Assembly: GCA_038824035.1 (NCBI GenBank)
Contig: JAWBBW010000011.1
Coordinates: 1-45,802 of the forward strand
Direction of reading: 5' to 3'
From: Desulfurococcaceae archaeon
GTDB taxonomy: Archaea; Thermoproteota; Thermoprotei_A; Sulfolobales; Desulfurococcaceae
DNA length: 45,802 nt
The notes under the pieces: model-generated
Seen by the model: only the letters and a program-made list of their open reading frames with translations
What the model was told of the DNA's origin: nothing
Database searches by the model: none
Position numbers and translations under genes: made by a program
Part shown: one piece after another, positions 30,545 to 40,645 of the stretch
Position numbering within the stretch: the stretch's first letter is position 1
Layout: each line of letters begins with the position of its first letter

Positions 30545-31268
30545 AGATGAGTGGCTCCATATATATGGACATTTAATAAAAAACAAGCTTGCATTAAGTT
30601 TTCAACTTGATCAGAAGTCGACATCTATCCTGAGTAATATCCTGTCCCGTAAAAGCAATTCAATCACGGTTGAGACGCTATTCGAGAAGATAAGCAATAG
30701 GTCATTAGCCATCGTAGCTGGGTGCGCAGACTCTATATATAGAGATCTAGAGTTATTAATAGAAAGGACAATGGATCCTAAAAAACGCGGGGATATCCTA
30801 ATAGTATCGGCTAATGGCGCTACCAAGATCTTGTTGGACATGGGGATCACTCCTGATCTCGTCACCACCGATTTAGATGGCGATCTAAATGCCCTGGTAA
30901 CAGCATCAAGCAAAGGCTCGATCCTAGCCATACATGCACATGGCGATAACATCGATAAATTGGCCAATGTGGAGCTATTTAACGGGCCATTAATAGGTAC
31001 GACCCAGGTGGAGCCATTGCCCTTTGTCTATAATTTCGGCGGTTTCACTGATGGGGATAGAGCTGTTCATATCTTGTTCCATGCTGGCTATAGGAGGATC
31101 GCCCTAATCGGGTTCGATTTCACCAGGGTATTCAATTGTCCTGGCGAAATGGTGAAGGACGCGAACACGGGGTTTTCCAAGCTAGAGATAGCTAGGTATT
31201 TACTTAAAAGATTAATTGACAGAGGGTTGGTGTTGATTAAGCCAGATGGTGGGATATTTGACCTTTGA
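30513..31268 (+). CDS. mptE: 6-hydroxymethyl-7,8-dihydropterin pyrophosphokinase
   Basis: PDLVTTDLDG, HAHGDN, GTTQ, NFGGFTDGDRA and GFDF. The start may be TTG 30525. Confidence 0.88.
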   Translation: MDAELKWLIPRDEWLHIYGHLIKNKLALSFQLDQKSTSILSNILSRKSNSITVETLFEKISNRSLAIVAGCADSIYRDLELLIERTMDPKKRGDILIVSANGATKILLDMGITPDLVTTDLDGDLNALVTASSKGSILAIHAHGDNIDKLANVELFNGPLIGTTQVEPLPFVYNFGGFTDGDRAVHILFHAGYRRIALIGFDFTRVFNCPGEMVKDANTGFSKLEIARYLLKRLIDRGLVLIKPDGGIFDL

Positions 31269-31644
31269 CCCTGCCATGAAGTTTTTCTCCAAGAAAGTCA
31301 CTGAAAGAGATAGGGCTGTTTTCGAAGCTGGGATAGCCCTTGGAATGGCTATTCATCAGTTCGTGGGCATCCCCATTAAAAGATTAGAAGATGTACCATA
31401 TTTGGAGAAAGTGATCGAGAACGCTATATTATCACAGCCGTTCAGAGAGATGGCAAGAGTTAAAATTAACATGGAAGGAATAGACATGGGAGGTGTTTAC
31501 TCATATACGACCTTGAAAACGAGGCACATGGATATCACTGTCGTTGTGAAATATGGCAACACTAGAGTAAGGGCCAGGCTTAGGTATATACCTGAATTGG
31601 ATTTCAATTTAGCGTATATAGAGGACATAGAGGAGATAGGTTAA
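31246..31644 (+). CDS. mptD: Archaeal dihydroneopterin aldolase (DUF372)
   Basis: TERDRAVFEAGIALG..IHQFVGIP, QPF and YTTL. Confidence 0.88.
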   Translation: MVGYLTFDPAMKFFSKKVTERDRAVFEAGIALGMAIHQFVGIPIKRLEDVPYLEKVIENAILSQPFREMARVKINMEGIDMGGVYSYTTLKTRHMDITVVVKYGNTRVRARLRYIPELDFNLAYIEDIEEIG

Positions 31645-32363
31645 TGGATAAGGCCTTTGCAATTGCCTGGGGCATTACAGGCGCTGGCGCGTATATCGAG
31701 GATTCAGTCGACGTGATAGGTAAGTTGATATTAACCAGGGGAATACCTGTCACTGTGTTTGTATCGCGGGCTGGAAAAACCGTCTTGAAAGCATATGGTT
31801 TACTAGACAAGTTGGAATCAATGATTAAAGGCGATTACCCAACTGGCGTGATCTATGAAGATAATGAACAACCCGGGTTTCCCGTGACTGGTAGGATGTA
31901 TAAAGGGGTCTATGGAATGGTTGTAATAGCTCCATCAACCATGAACACTGTTAGTAAAATAGTCAATGGAATAGCTGATACATTGGTGACTTGTCTCGCA
32001 ATGCACGCGATCAAGACAGGGACCCCTCTATATATATTACCTGTCGACGCGTTTGAAACCAAGAGTAAGATCCCATTGGTAATAGAGAGAAAGAAGTGTG
32101 CTCAGTGCTTGAAATGCATTGTTGCAGAAATATGTCCAACTGGTGCACTGAAGCCTAGTCATATGTATAAAGTGGAAGTTAACCCGGTTCTTTGTACAAG
32201 ATGTTATAAATGCCTATATGCCTGTCCACAGGGTGCAGTGAAATTCGATGTAGAGATAACTGTGAGGCCGCATAAACACTACCTCAGCATTATAAACAAG
32301 TTGAGGGACATAGAAGGGGTTAACATAATAGATCATCCGGCAAGGATCTTAGAAATGGTGTGA
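31644..32363 (+). CDS. dmrX: Dihydromethanopterin reductase-like flavoprotein with 2x[4Fe-4S]
   Basis: IAWGITGAG, APSTMNTVSKIVNGIADTLVT, and ferredoxin motifs CxxCxxC...CP and CxxCxxCxxxCP. Confidence 0.8.
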   Translation: MDKAFAIAWGITGAGAYIEDSVDVIGKLILTRGIPVTVFVSRAGKTVLKAYGLLDKLESMIKGDYPTGVIYEDNEQPGFPVTGRMYKGVYGMVVIAPSTMNTVSKIVNGIADTLVTCLAMHAIKTGTPLYILPVDAFETKSKIPLVIERKKCAQCLKCIVAEICPTGALKPSHMYKVEVNPVLCTRCYKCLYACPQGAVKFDVEITVRPHKHYLSIINKLRDIEGVNIIDHPARILEMV

Positions 32364-33892
32364 GGGATATGAACATAGTTCTCGTGACAGGTCAATTGGC
32401 GTACGATGTGATCAATAGTATTGTGGCTAATTATGTCAATGCCAGATCCGGCGTCAATGTAACTGTAATAAAGCTCCCAATACAAGTGGCTGCAATGATG
32501 AATGAGAAGTTCCTTGAAAGAGAACTACCTAAATATATGGAGTTATTGAGAAATGCTGACATCATCATAGTCCCCGGGTACACAAGTGGTGATCTCACTG
32601 AAGTCTCTAAAATAATCGGTAAACCAGTGGTGAAGGGCGTTAAATACGCTGGTGATATACCGTTAATGCTGGATGCCCTGTTAAACGGCCTTCAGTTATC
32701 GCCCATAACGCCGGCTGATGAACTTATTCAACAATATCTAGTTGGTGTGGAAAAAACGATATTGAAGAGTGCTAGGCAAAAGGCGTTTTCGGAGAACTAT
32801 TTCTTGATCGGCGGGATAAATGGCATTCCAGTGAGTAGGCACTATCCTTGCGTCTTAGCGGAGATTTTCATAAGCGAGGATCAATCGTCGATATCCGTAG
32901 GGAGTGATATATTGAAATATGCAGATGTACTAGTAATAGGGTTTCCCTACGAATTCTCTCGTGAAAGGGCAAAGAGGATCATAGAGTTGCTAAGAGGCGT
33001 TGGAAAACCATTAGGTATAGATAGCCCTGACCTGGAGTTGATTAAGGAAATAAGCCCATTCATAGATATCGTGATGAACATATCTTTGAAGGATATACAG
33101 GGATCGCCAGACCTATTGGATGTGATGAAAGATAAGCCAGTGGTGATAGTGCCTGATCACCCTGAACACGAAATCGACAACCTCTTACTGGCTGTTCAGA
33201 AAATACGAGAAATGGGGCTTACAAAAATAATAGTGGATCCAGTGCTGAATCCACCATTACTAGGCCTCGCCCATTCACTGAAAAGGTATATGGCACTCAG
33301 GGAAAAACTACCAAATACACCGTTATTAATGGGTGTTGGAAATGTGACAGAACTCATGGATGCCGATAGTATCGGTGTCAACGCGTTATTGGCATCCATA
33401 GGCGTGGAGATAGGCATAGAACTATACCTGACAACAGAGGCCAGTGTTAAGACACGTGGATGTGTGAGAGAACTTAGAAGAGCCCTGGATATGATGGTTA
33501 TATCCAAGACTATGAATAGACCACCCAAAGACTTGTCAACGAATCTGCTTGTTTTAAAAGACAAAAGGTTAAAAGGATATATGCCCATGGGTGCACAACT
33601 AGTCGTTGAAGCGAATAAGAGACCAAGGAAAAGAGTTGACCCTGGTGGATGCGTCAAGATATATGTTGATCACACGGCTGGAAAAATAATCCTCGAGCAT
33701 TTTCCATTAGGTAGCTCTAGGCCGGATATAGCCATTGCCGGCGAAGACCCTTACGCCATCCTAGGGGAGATCATGGAGAGAAATCTTATCTCTTTGCCAG
33801 AGCATTATTTCTACATAGGGTTAGAGCTTTGCAAAGCGTTTATATCGTTGAAGACTGGTAAGGAATATGTACAAGATATGGACATGTTCTAG
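32360..33892 (+). CDS. Dihydropteroate synthase-like protein (MJ0107 type, C-terminal DUF4346)
   Basis: VTGQLA, GVGNVTELMDADSIGVNA, TTEAS, PKDL...LLVLKDKR and H..Y.G.EL.KA...GKEYVQD. Confidence 0.85.
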   Translation: MRDMNIVLVTGQLAYDVINSIVANYVNARSGVNVTVIKLPIQVAAMMNEKFLERELPKYMELLRNADIIIVPGYTSGDLTEVSKIIGKPVVKGVKYAGDIPLMLDALLNGLQLSPITPADELIQQYLVGVEKTILKSARQKAFSENYFLIGGINGIPVSRHYPCVLAEIFISEDQSSISVGSDILKYADVLVIGFPYEFSRERAKRIIELLRGVGKPLGIDSPDLELIKEISPFIDIVMNISLKDIQGSPDLLDVMKDKPVVIVPDHPEHEIDNLLLAVQKIREMGLTKIIVDPVLNPPLLGLAHSLKRYMALREKLPNTPLLMGVGNVTELMDADSIGVNALLASIGVEIGIELYLTTEASVKTRGCVRELRRALDMMVISKTMNRPPKDLSTNLLVLKDKRLKGYMPMGAQLVVEANKRPRKRVDPGGCVKIYVDHTAGKIILEHFPLGSSRPDIAIAGEDPYAILGEIMERNLISLPEHYFYIGLELCKAFISLKTGKEYVQDMDMF

Positions 33893-33975
33893 CTTAGCCC
33901 ATGATCAGGGTAAAGTGAGAGAACGCTATTAACTATCAAGGGGTTTATCATTGATGTGTAGATTAATAGACTTGT

Positions 33976-34275
33976 TCATGGTTTGAGGTATTTCAATTTA
34001 ACAGGCAATTTCTCAATGAATTCCTCGGGTGTCTTGGCGTATATATATAATCCATGTGGGGAAAGCTCTAATTCCTCGCAATCGAATATGTGTAATTTCT
34101 CGATACTTATCATCTTGCCATATAGGTATTCGCTCTTAGCGTTATTTATACAAAGAGCGAACTCAGCGTTATTGTGGGTTAATATGGCTAGGACGTAATC
34201 GCCCTGTCTCTCTGAAATCACTTTTGTATATCTTCTTTTCAATTGCTCTAATAAAACATCGATCATGGCAATCAT
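33976..34275 (-). CDS. Hypothetical protein
   Basis: 99-aa ORF overlapping the upstream gene by 4 nt in an operon-like arrangement. Confidence 0.6.
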   Translation of the reverse strand: MIAMIDVLLEQLKRRYTKVISERQGDYVLAILTHNNAEFALCINNAKSEYLYGKMISIEKLHIFDCEELELSPHGLYIYAKTPEEFIEKLPVKLKYLKP

Positions 34276-34508
34276 ATCCCATATAAAGCGTTCTGAACTG
34301 GTAGAGGTAAAGCCTCTTCGCTGATAATGGTTGCTGTTAATGGCGGCTTCTTTGTCTTAACCCCTGTTATAATATACCTGGTTGGATTAGATATGTCTAT
34401 CTCCTGTTTTTTCTTAGCAAATCTAATGTTCAAGACCCTTATTTTGACATACCACCCGTCTTTTCTCTTCACATATATGTATTTGCCGTGCTTCAATCCC
34501 ATGATCAC
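34272..34508 (-). CDS. Small basic crenarchaeal protein (DUF5622-like)
   Basis: MGLKHGKYIYVKRKDGWYVKIRVL N-terminus recalled from crenarchaeal small proteins. Confidence 0.65.
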   Translation of the reverse strand: MIMGLKHGKYIYVKRKDGWYVKIRVLNIRFAKKKQEIDISNPTRYIITGVKTKKPPLTATIISEEALPLPVQNALYGI

Positions 34509-35281
34509 ACCTTTTCAAGCCTAATCCTATGTATACTCCACGTATATATATAACCTAATATAAAGTTTACAATAAAACCAATTACTATTCCAATGAATTG
34601 CCCCAGTATGAACGATGTCTTAAAAAGAACTGGCAATAGAGTGGAAAATGTCGCTTGGGAAGCCCAGCTAGCTATGCTGGCGAAGTGGTATTTGAGAAGT
34701 CTTTTCAACACGTTTTTCAAGTCCCTACCGAGTTCCATCCCCTTAAACGTCCATAACTCGTGTAATAAGAAATTCCAGTTGACACTTGCTTCAAAGCCTA
34801 TAGTTGAGGCTATGGGTTTGGCTATTAACTCGATGTTGGATATGTGTCTATAAACGAGTTCTGCGAGAACGAGGTTAACGATCATGCCGCTTCCACCAAC
34901 TAGTATGAATTTCACCACTCGGTCTATCTCTGATAGCACAAGGGCAAGGGTCCTCGGCAATTTTGTCCTCAACACCATGTACCAGTCTTGTGAGGTCAAT
35001 GTAACGAAGTATAAGGGACATTTGTTCGGGTTGATTGGCTTGTTTTCCTCATGAAAATATCCCCATATAAAGAGCCCGTTCTCATACCTCGGAACAGATA
35101 TACCCAGCGCTTTAAGGACAAGTTTTCTCAGCGAAGATATATGCGAGGCGATCACGCCATTTCTATGTATAGGCTTTATGGTTATCTTGTTTATGAGAAT
35201 GTTCCATGGAAAGGGGGCACATATCGTTAAGCCATCTCTGTTATGGCAAACAATCTCATCTGGTTTCAAAGTATTACCCAT
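34505..35281 (-). CDS. GtrA-family membrane protein with a soluble N-terminal extension
   Basis: KFILVGGSGMIVN, EASVNWNFLLHELWTF and about 4 TM segments. Confidence 0.85.
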   Translation of the reverse strand: MGNTLKPDEIVCHNRDGLTICAPFPWNILINKITIKPIHRNGVIASHISSLRKLVLKALGISVPRYENGLFIWGYFHEENKPINPNKCPLYFVTLTSQDWYMVLRTKLPRTLALVLSEIDRVVKFILVGGSGMIVNLVLAELVYRHISNIELIAKPIASTIGFEASVNWNFLLHELWTFKGMELGRDLKNVLKRLLKYHFASIASWASQATFSTLLPVLFKTSFILGQFIGIVIGFIVNFILGYIYTWSIHRIRLEKV

Positions 35282-35312
35282 TTTAATTAAAAATAAACCC
35301 CCTGGGTAATAT

Positions 35313-35975
35313 TTGTTGGAGAATCACATGGAGGAGTGGCTTAGATTAGAGAAAGAAATCGAGACTTGTCGTAGATGTGAGTTACATAGGTATAGGAAAA
35401 AGCCCGTTCCCGGGGATGGTGATAAGAGATCACCCGTGATCTTCGTTGGCGAGGCCCCCGGCAGAGATGAGGATGAAATGGGGAAACCCTTCGTGGGAGC
35501 GGCTGGGAAGCTGTTGACACAATTAATAGAATCCATGGGTTATAGAAGAGAGGAGTTCTATATAACCAACGTGGTGAAGTGTCGTCCCCCTGGTAATAGG
35601 GATCCCCTCGAGGAAGAAATAGAGGCGTGTCTACCATATTTAATAGAACAGATCATGCTAATAAGGCCAAAGGTGATAGTGACCCTGGGTAGACATGCCT
35701 CTAGGACGTTGTTTAACTTAACTGGGCTAAAATGGATAAACATGAGTACTCAGCATGGAAAGATCTACGAGGCCGTTATAAAAGACCTGAGAGTCAAGAT
35801 CATACCGACATTTCATCCAGCCTCAGCACTTTATAACCCAGGGTTGAAGAAATACCTGGAATTGGATTTCAGAAACGTAATCAAAAAGGCCATTGAAGAG
35901 GTTAAAGGGGCGCAATTGACAGAGAGACGTAGATCTTTACTTGATTTTGCAAAGAGACATGGTTACACATCATGA
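35313..35975 (+). CDS. udg: Family 4 uracil-DNA glycosylase
   Basis: CxxC, VGEAPG, PFVG, NVVKCRPPGNR and TFHPA. Confidence 0.95.
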   Translation: MLENHMEEWLRLEKEIETCRRCELHRYRKKPVPGDGDKRSPVIFVGEAPGRDEDEMGKPFVGAAGKLLTQLIESMGYRREEFYITNVVKCRPPGNRDPLEEEIEACLPYLIEQIMLIRPKVIVTLGRHASRTLFNLTGLKWINMSTQHGKIYEAVIKDLRVKIIPTFHPASALYNPGLKKYLELDFRNVIKKAIEEVKGAQLTERRRSLLDFAKRHGYTS

Positions 35976-37759
35976 CGTCTTAGAGTGGTTTTTAAGGAGA
36001 TCGAGACGAGGAAAGCTCCTATTATGCAATATATAACCGAGATGGCTAGAACAGTGTGAACCAACGTATATGGAGAGGCAGTGTACATTTCCTTATCTAC
36101 ATGTATGCTTAGTTTTAACGCCATGTATAGGAATAGTTTTGCATATTCCTGGTAGATCATTGAAATGAGGTCCTCCTTTCTGATCTCGTCTAGTTCGATG
36201 TAATTACCTATTAGTTCTAGCAATAGCAATGATGATAGAAAGGCATTTGTGTCGGGACTTATGTAGCTTAGTGAACCCCTGAGCCATGAAGATAGCTTAA
36301 CCAGGTCGCTTGTTTCATAGCCATTGGTGAACATGGCTTGTATTTCATTGATTGAGTAAAACGATTTCGTAAATGCTAGGAAATTGGCCACAATGTCTAC
36401 GTACCTTCTAATCGGGTCTATTTCCTCGTGGTTGATATCGCTAGATCTCGGCATTACGAATATGACGTTAAATGATTGTTCACAATATTCCAGCAAAGTG
36501 TTCACGAAATCCTCGATATATGGCATTATAACATATAGGTCATCGATATTTACACGCCAAGCGTGATCATCGCGCTCTACTAGCCTGAGAGTTATGTTTA
36601 CCCAGGAAACAGCTGTCAAGGCTCTTCCATATGAATACGACAATAATGAGTTAAATAATGTAGGAGAGGTAGAGGCCTCATAGTTTACCAGGTTGTTTAA
36701 AATGATCTCGGCGTCGATAACCCTGCTCTTAGTGGTTATAAGCGAATCCAGTACTATGGTGGGTATCCAGCCCTTTCCACGGTATTTATCGAAAACAGTG
36801 TTGAGCACGGTTTTAACGTAGTTCACTAAGTGAAGGGCTTCGTTGAATATCTTATCACGTGTTTCATTGTAAAGGGCTCTATCTGTCTCGTAAAGGTAGT
36901 TGAGTAGGGATATATATGCGTTATAAACACTCATGAATCCGAGTGAAGACGCTGTGTAATGGTAGCCTTTTTTGTAAAACAACTCTGCTAGATGTAGATA
37001 TCTCAAAGATTTATCGTAGTATTCATCTCTCCAATTGTCCCCGATCATGCTTAGCACATCACTAGAACTAGCTGAGAATTGATGAAATGCACTAGATATC
37101 TCTGGGAGCCCTGCATATAGCTCTGACAAATGATCATAAGTATCCCCATATACTGGTTGAATATACCAGTTCGTGCTGTACTTTGCATAAGCATCTATAA
37201 CTGTGTACGCCGGTATGTATGTTGAACTATTTATAGGAAGAGCCGCTCTCGCTATCACTCCTATTAACCCGCCTTTCTCGGCAGCTCTTAACTTAGCGTC
37301 GATTCCGAGAACAGGCCCTATCACGCCTCCTGGCCCTAGAACACCGGTGGCAGAGATATCTGATGGAATAGTCTTATTGCTCAGTATAGAAGTAAATGCC
37401 AGCGTAAACAACAACGTAGCACTCACTCCTTTAATCATGTATGGTGATTTCGCGTTTACATAGTAGTCATATCCCCTGTGATCAACGCCGCTGATTATCG
37501 ATGCATAGAGGAGAGATAATTTGATTGAAAGCGCGGTGTCCTCGCCTATGACTCTCTTATCATAGTATAGTTTGCCAGAACCAGGCCTCCTTACAATTAT
37601 CTCCATGGGTATCACGACGCCTGTGCCATTATCGCTTACGGCGAGTGCTTTTAACTCATACCTAGCTATAGATGCGTAGAGGTCGGCGTGGATAATAGAT
37701 GTTAGTAAGGCCTGTGTGAGAAAAGCTATTATGAAAATGGGCAGTGCTTTACCCAACAT
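35963..37759 (-). CDS. Secreted/membrane-anchored Lon-like S16 serine protease (COG1750 type)
   Basis: Signal peptide from MLGKALP (ATG 37759), Ser-Lys dyad region GVSA...SATG...IGPVLGIDAK, and a C-terminal TM helix. The 29 extra N-terminal codons in the ORF track overlap an sRNA. Confidence 0.8.
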   Translation of the reverse strand: MLGKALPIFIIAFLTQALLTSIIHADLYASIARYELKALAVSDNGTGVVIPMEIIVRRPGSGKLYYDKRVIGEDTALSIKLSLLYASIISGVDHRGYDYYVNAKSPYMIKGVSATLLFTLAFTSILSNKTIPSDISATGVLGPGGVIGPVLGIDAKLRAAEKGGLIGVIARAALPINSSTYIPAYTVIDAYAKYSTNWYIQPVYGDTYDHLSELYAGLPEISSAFHQFSASSSDVLSMIGDNWRDEYYDKSLRYLHLAELFYKKGYHYTASSLGFMSVYNAYISLLNYLYETDRALYNETRDKIFNEALHLVNYVKTVLNTVFDKYRGKGWIPTIVLDSLITTKSRVIDAEIILNNLVNYEASTSPTLFNSLLSYSYGRALTAVSWVNITLRLVERDDHAWRVNIDDLYVIMPYIEDFVNTLLEYCEQSFNVIFVMPRSSDINHEEIDPIRRYVDIVANFLAFTKSFYSINEIQAMFTNGYETSDLVKLSSWLRGSLSYISPDTNAFLSSLLLLELIGNYIELDEIRKEDLISMIYQEYAKLFLYMALKLSIHVDKEMYTASPYTLVHTVLAISVIYCIIGAFLVSISLKTTLRRHDV

Positions 37760-37769
37760 ATACAGGACA

Positions 37770-37830
37770 CCATCAGCGTAACACTGATCAATCATGGCGA
37801 TGCTCATACTTGCCGGGTTGTCATCATCAA
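37770..37830 (-). ncRNA. Box C/D 2'-O-methylation guide sRNA
   Basis: Minus strand: C AUGAUGA (37821-37827), guide CAACCCGGCAAGU, D' AUGA, C' AUGAUUG, guide AUCAGUGUUACG, D CUGA (37773-37776). ATTATAAA lies ~25 nt upstream. Confidence 0.87.
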
Positions 37831-37864
37831 ATGTATTATATAGCAAGAGGGGTTTATAATAGGG

Positions 37865-39742
37865 ATGGCCCTTAATAATGGTGCTTTTTCATTATTTACT
37901 TTCGGGGGTGTTTTGACTCAAATGGATATGCCCATGAGGCTTTTATCCGAGACTTTCGAGAGAATAGAGATCATAACATCCAGGACCCAGATGACATCTT
38001 TGCTAGTTAATTTATTTAAGAACACGCCACCACAGATCATAGATAAAGTAGTGTACCTGTTACAGGGTAGGCTTTGGCCTGATTGGAAAAACATGCCAGA
38101 GCTCGGTGTCGGGGAGAAAATGCTGATCAAGGCTATTGCATTGGCAACGAACACTGCTGAATCACAGGTTGTCCAAATAAGTAAAAATCTAGGAGACCTC
38201 GGCAAGGCCATTGAGCACTTGAAAACCAAGACGACCGCGCAAGGGATATCAATATTTAGTTTTGCCCAGAAAACAACGGAAGAGCTCGGTGTGATCAGAG
38301 TATATGATACATTGGTTAAGATAGCAATGGCCCAGGGTGAGGGTAGCAAGGACCTCAAGATAAGGCTATTAGCTGGTTTACTAAGAGAGGCTTCTTCAAG
38401 GGACGCCAAGTTCATAGTCAGGCTTGTAGAGGGGAGATTAAGGGTGGGTGTGGGGGAAGCAACGATCATGGATGCTTTGGCGATAGTATATGGCGGCGGT
38501 ATCCATGTAAGGCCCATTATTGAGAGGGCGTATAATCTCAGAGCAGATCTAGGGGAAGTAGCCAAGATACTTGCCATAAATGGATTAGAGTCGTTGAAAA
38601 ACATCAAGCCAGAAGTAGGGATACCCATAAGGCCTATGTTAGCTGAGAGACTTAGTGATCCAAGGGAAATATTGGAGAAAACGGGCGGTATTGCTTATGT
38701 CGAGTACAAGTACGATGGCGAGAGGGCGCAAATACATAAGGATAAACAGAAGGTGACGATATTTTCCAGAAGATTAGAGAACATTACGTATCAATACCCA
38801 GATGTAGTTGAAATGGTCATTAACGGGGTGAAAGCGGAGAGAGCTATTATTGAAGGGGAGATTGTGGCCTACGACCCCGAGACCGGTGAATTAAGGCCTT
38901 TCCAAGAGCTTATGCATAGAAAGAGAAAATATGACATACACGCTGTGATAAAGGATTACCCTGTAAAGGTGTTTCTATTCGACTTATTATACTTAGAAGG
39001 CGAGGATTACACTATTAAGCCACTATCTGAGAGAAGAAACGCATTAGAGAAGATCATAGTGGAGTCAGAGAACTTCATGATAGCCAGGTACATAAAAACC
39101 GGCGATCCAGGGGAACTCGAGAAATTCTTCATGCAGGCCATAAGCGAGGGTGCAGAAGGGGTCATGGTCAAGGCCATTCACAAGGACTCGATATACCAGG
39201 CAGGTACTAGGGGCTGGCTTTGGATAAAGTTCAAGAGAGACTATAGAAGTGAGATGACGGATACGGTCGATCTAGTAGTGGTGGGGGCTTTTTATGGTAA
39301 AGGTAAGAGAGGAGGTAAGTTCGGAGCATTGTTAATGGCGGCGTATAATCCTGAAAAGGATGTGTTTGAAACTGTGTGCAAAGTCGGTTCTGGGTTTAAG
39401 GACGAGGACTTGGATAAATTACCCGATATCCTGAGACCTTACATCAGGAACAAGAAACCCCCCAGGGTGGTGTCTGAAATGGAGCCAGACGTGTGGGTCG
39501 AGCCAGCACTCGTGGCAGAGATCATAGGGGCTGAATTGACCTTGTCACCAGTGCACACATGTGCTTATGGCGAGATCAAGCCAGATGCAGGTATATCGAT
39601 AAGATTTCCGAGATTCATACGCTGGAGGCCTGATAAAAGCCCAGAGGATGCCACGACCAGCGATGAAATTGTAGAGATGTATAAGAGGCAATTGAGGAGG
39701 ATCGAGGCAGAACAACCTACCCTAGGAGAGGAAACCATGTAG
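37865..39742 (+). CDS. lig: ATP-dependent DNA ligase
   Basis: [23 protein letters not shown] and [13 protein letters not shown]. The true start is probably 37913 or 37922. Confidence 0.97.
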   Translation: MALNNGAFSLFTFGGVLTQMDMPMRLLSETFERIEIITSRTQMTSLLVNLFKNTPPQIIDKVVYLLQGRLWPDWKNMPELGVGEKMLIKAIALATNTAESQVVQISKNLGDLGKAIEHLKTKTTAQGISIFSFAQKTTEELGVIRVYDTLVKIAMAQGEGSKDLKIRLLAGLLREASSRDAKFIVRLVEGRLRVGVGEATIMDALAIVYGGGIHVRPIIERAYNLRADLGEVAKILAINGLESLKNIKPEVGIPIRPMLAERLSDPREILEKTGGIAYVEYKYDGERAQIHKDKQKVTIFSRRLENITYQYPDVVEMVINGVKAERAIIEGEIVAYDPETGELRPFQELMHRKRKYDIHAVIKDYPVKVFLFDLLYLEGEDYTIKPLSERRNALEKIIVESENFMIARYIKTGDPGELEKFFMQAISEGAEGVMVKAIHKDSIYQAGTRGWLWIKFKRDYRSEMTDTVDLVVVGAFYGKGKRGGKFGALLMAAYNPEKDVFETVCKVGSGFKDEDLDKLPDILRPYIRNKKPPRVVSEMEPDVWVEPALVAEIIGAELTLSPVHTCAYGEIKPDAGISIRFPRFIRWRPDKSPEDATTSDEIVEMYKRQLRRIEAEQPTLGEETM

Positions 39743-39775
39743 TGTATCTTTGACCGTGACCTCGAGTCCAGGGAT

Positions 39776-40552
39776 ATGAAAATGCCTGTCGCCGTCGTGT
39801 TCATAGGGCCAGCTGGCTCTGGTAAGACATCTTTGTCGAAATCATACTACGAGTGGATTAGGAGAAATCTTTTCCTAAAAGCTGCTTTGGTCAACTTAGA
39901 TCCAGGCGTTGAAGGCTTAGATTACAAGCCAGTGTTCGATATCAGAGACATGTTCACCCTAAGAGGTATAATGGAGAGATATGGCCTAGGCCCCAATGGG
40001 GCTTTTGTAAAGGCGTCTGAATTAATAGCTGAGAGAGTGGATGAGATTTTTCTCAATCCTCCTTTCATCAATATAAATGAATGGGACATAGTGATAATAG
40101 ATACACCTGGGCAAATGGAGGCATTTATCTTTAGACCTGTTAGCAACACCTTCTTTAGGAGACTAGTTAAGCACGCCAACACTGTGTTGGCATATTTAAT
40201 AGACGCGTCGACAATAGAGACTATATCGGATGCTGTTTTCTCATGGTTTATCTACGTGTTGATACAGATCAAGACAGGTCTTTTAACAGTACCCATTATA
40301 AGTAAAAGGGATATTGCCAAGAACCCGGAAATACTCAAGGTGTTGATTGAAAAACCCGAGAAACTAGCGGAGATCGCCTTAGAGAGGGAGAGTGGTCTCT
40401 CGGTAGAGGTCATACCAGATCTTGCAGAGATAGCGTTGAAGACCAAGAGCGCGTTAAGGGCAATCATGGTATCCTCCATGGATAGCGACGATATCAGCAA
40501 TTTACATAGGTTTTTAAGCGAGGCTTTCTGTGTATGTGGTGATATGACCTAG
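39776..40552 (+). CDS. GPN-loop GTPase
   Basis: GPAGSGKT, NLDPG, LGPNG and DTPGQME. Confidence 0.92.
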   Translation: MKMPVAVVFIGPAGSGKTSLSKSYYEWIRRNLFLKAALVNLDPGVEGLDYKPVFDIRDMFTLRGIMERYGLGPNGAFVKASELIAERVDEIFLNPPFININEWDIVIIDTPGQMEAFIFRPVSNTFFRRLVKHANTVLAYLIDASTIETISDAVFSWFIYVLIQIKTGLLTVPIISKRDIAKNPEILKVLIEKPEKLAEIALERESGLSVEVIPDLAEIALKTKSALRAIMVSSMDSDDISNLHRFLSEAFCVCGDMT

Positions 40553-40645
40553 TCAGGGCTATATTCGTGTTTTTAAATAGTTTTTGCAATAACCTAATCA
40601 AGTACAGGTTCATATAACTTGCGGGCCAATCACGAGGATGATTAG

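Noticed and set aside
37760-37846. N-terminal extension of the S16 protease ORF
   Set aside because: It coincides with a C/D sRNA and precedes the signal peptide.
40553-40640. GTGATTG/ATGA/TTGATTA motifs on the minus strand
   Set aside because: No terminal box D at a suitable distance.
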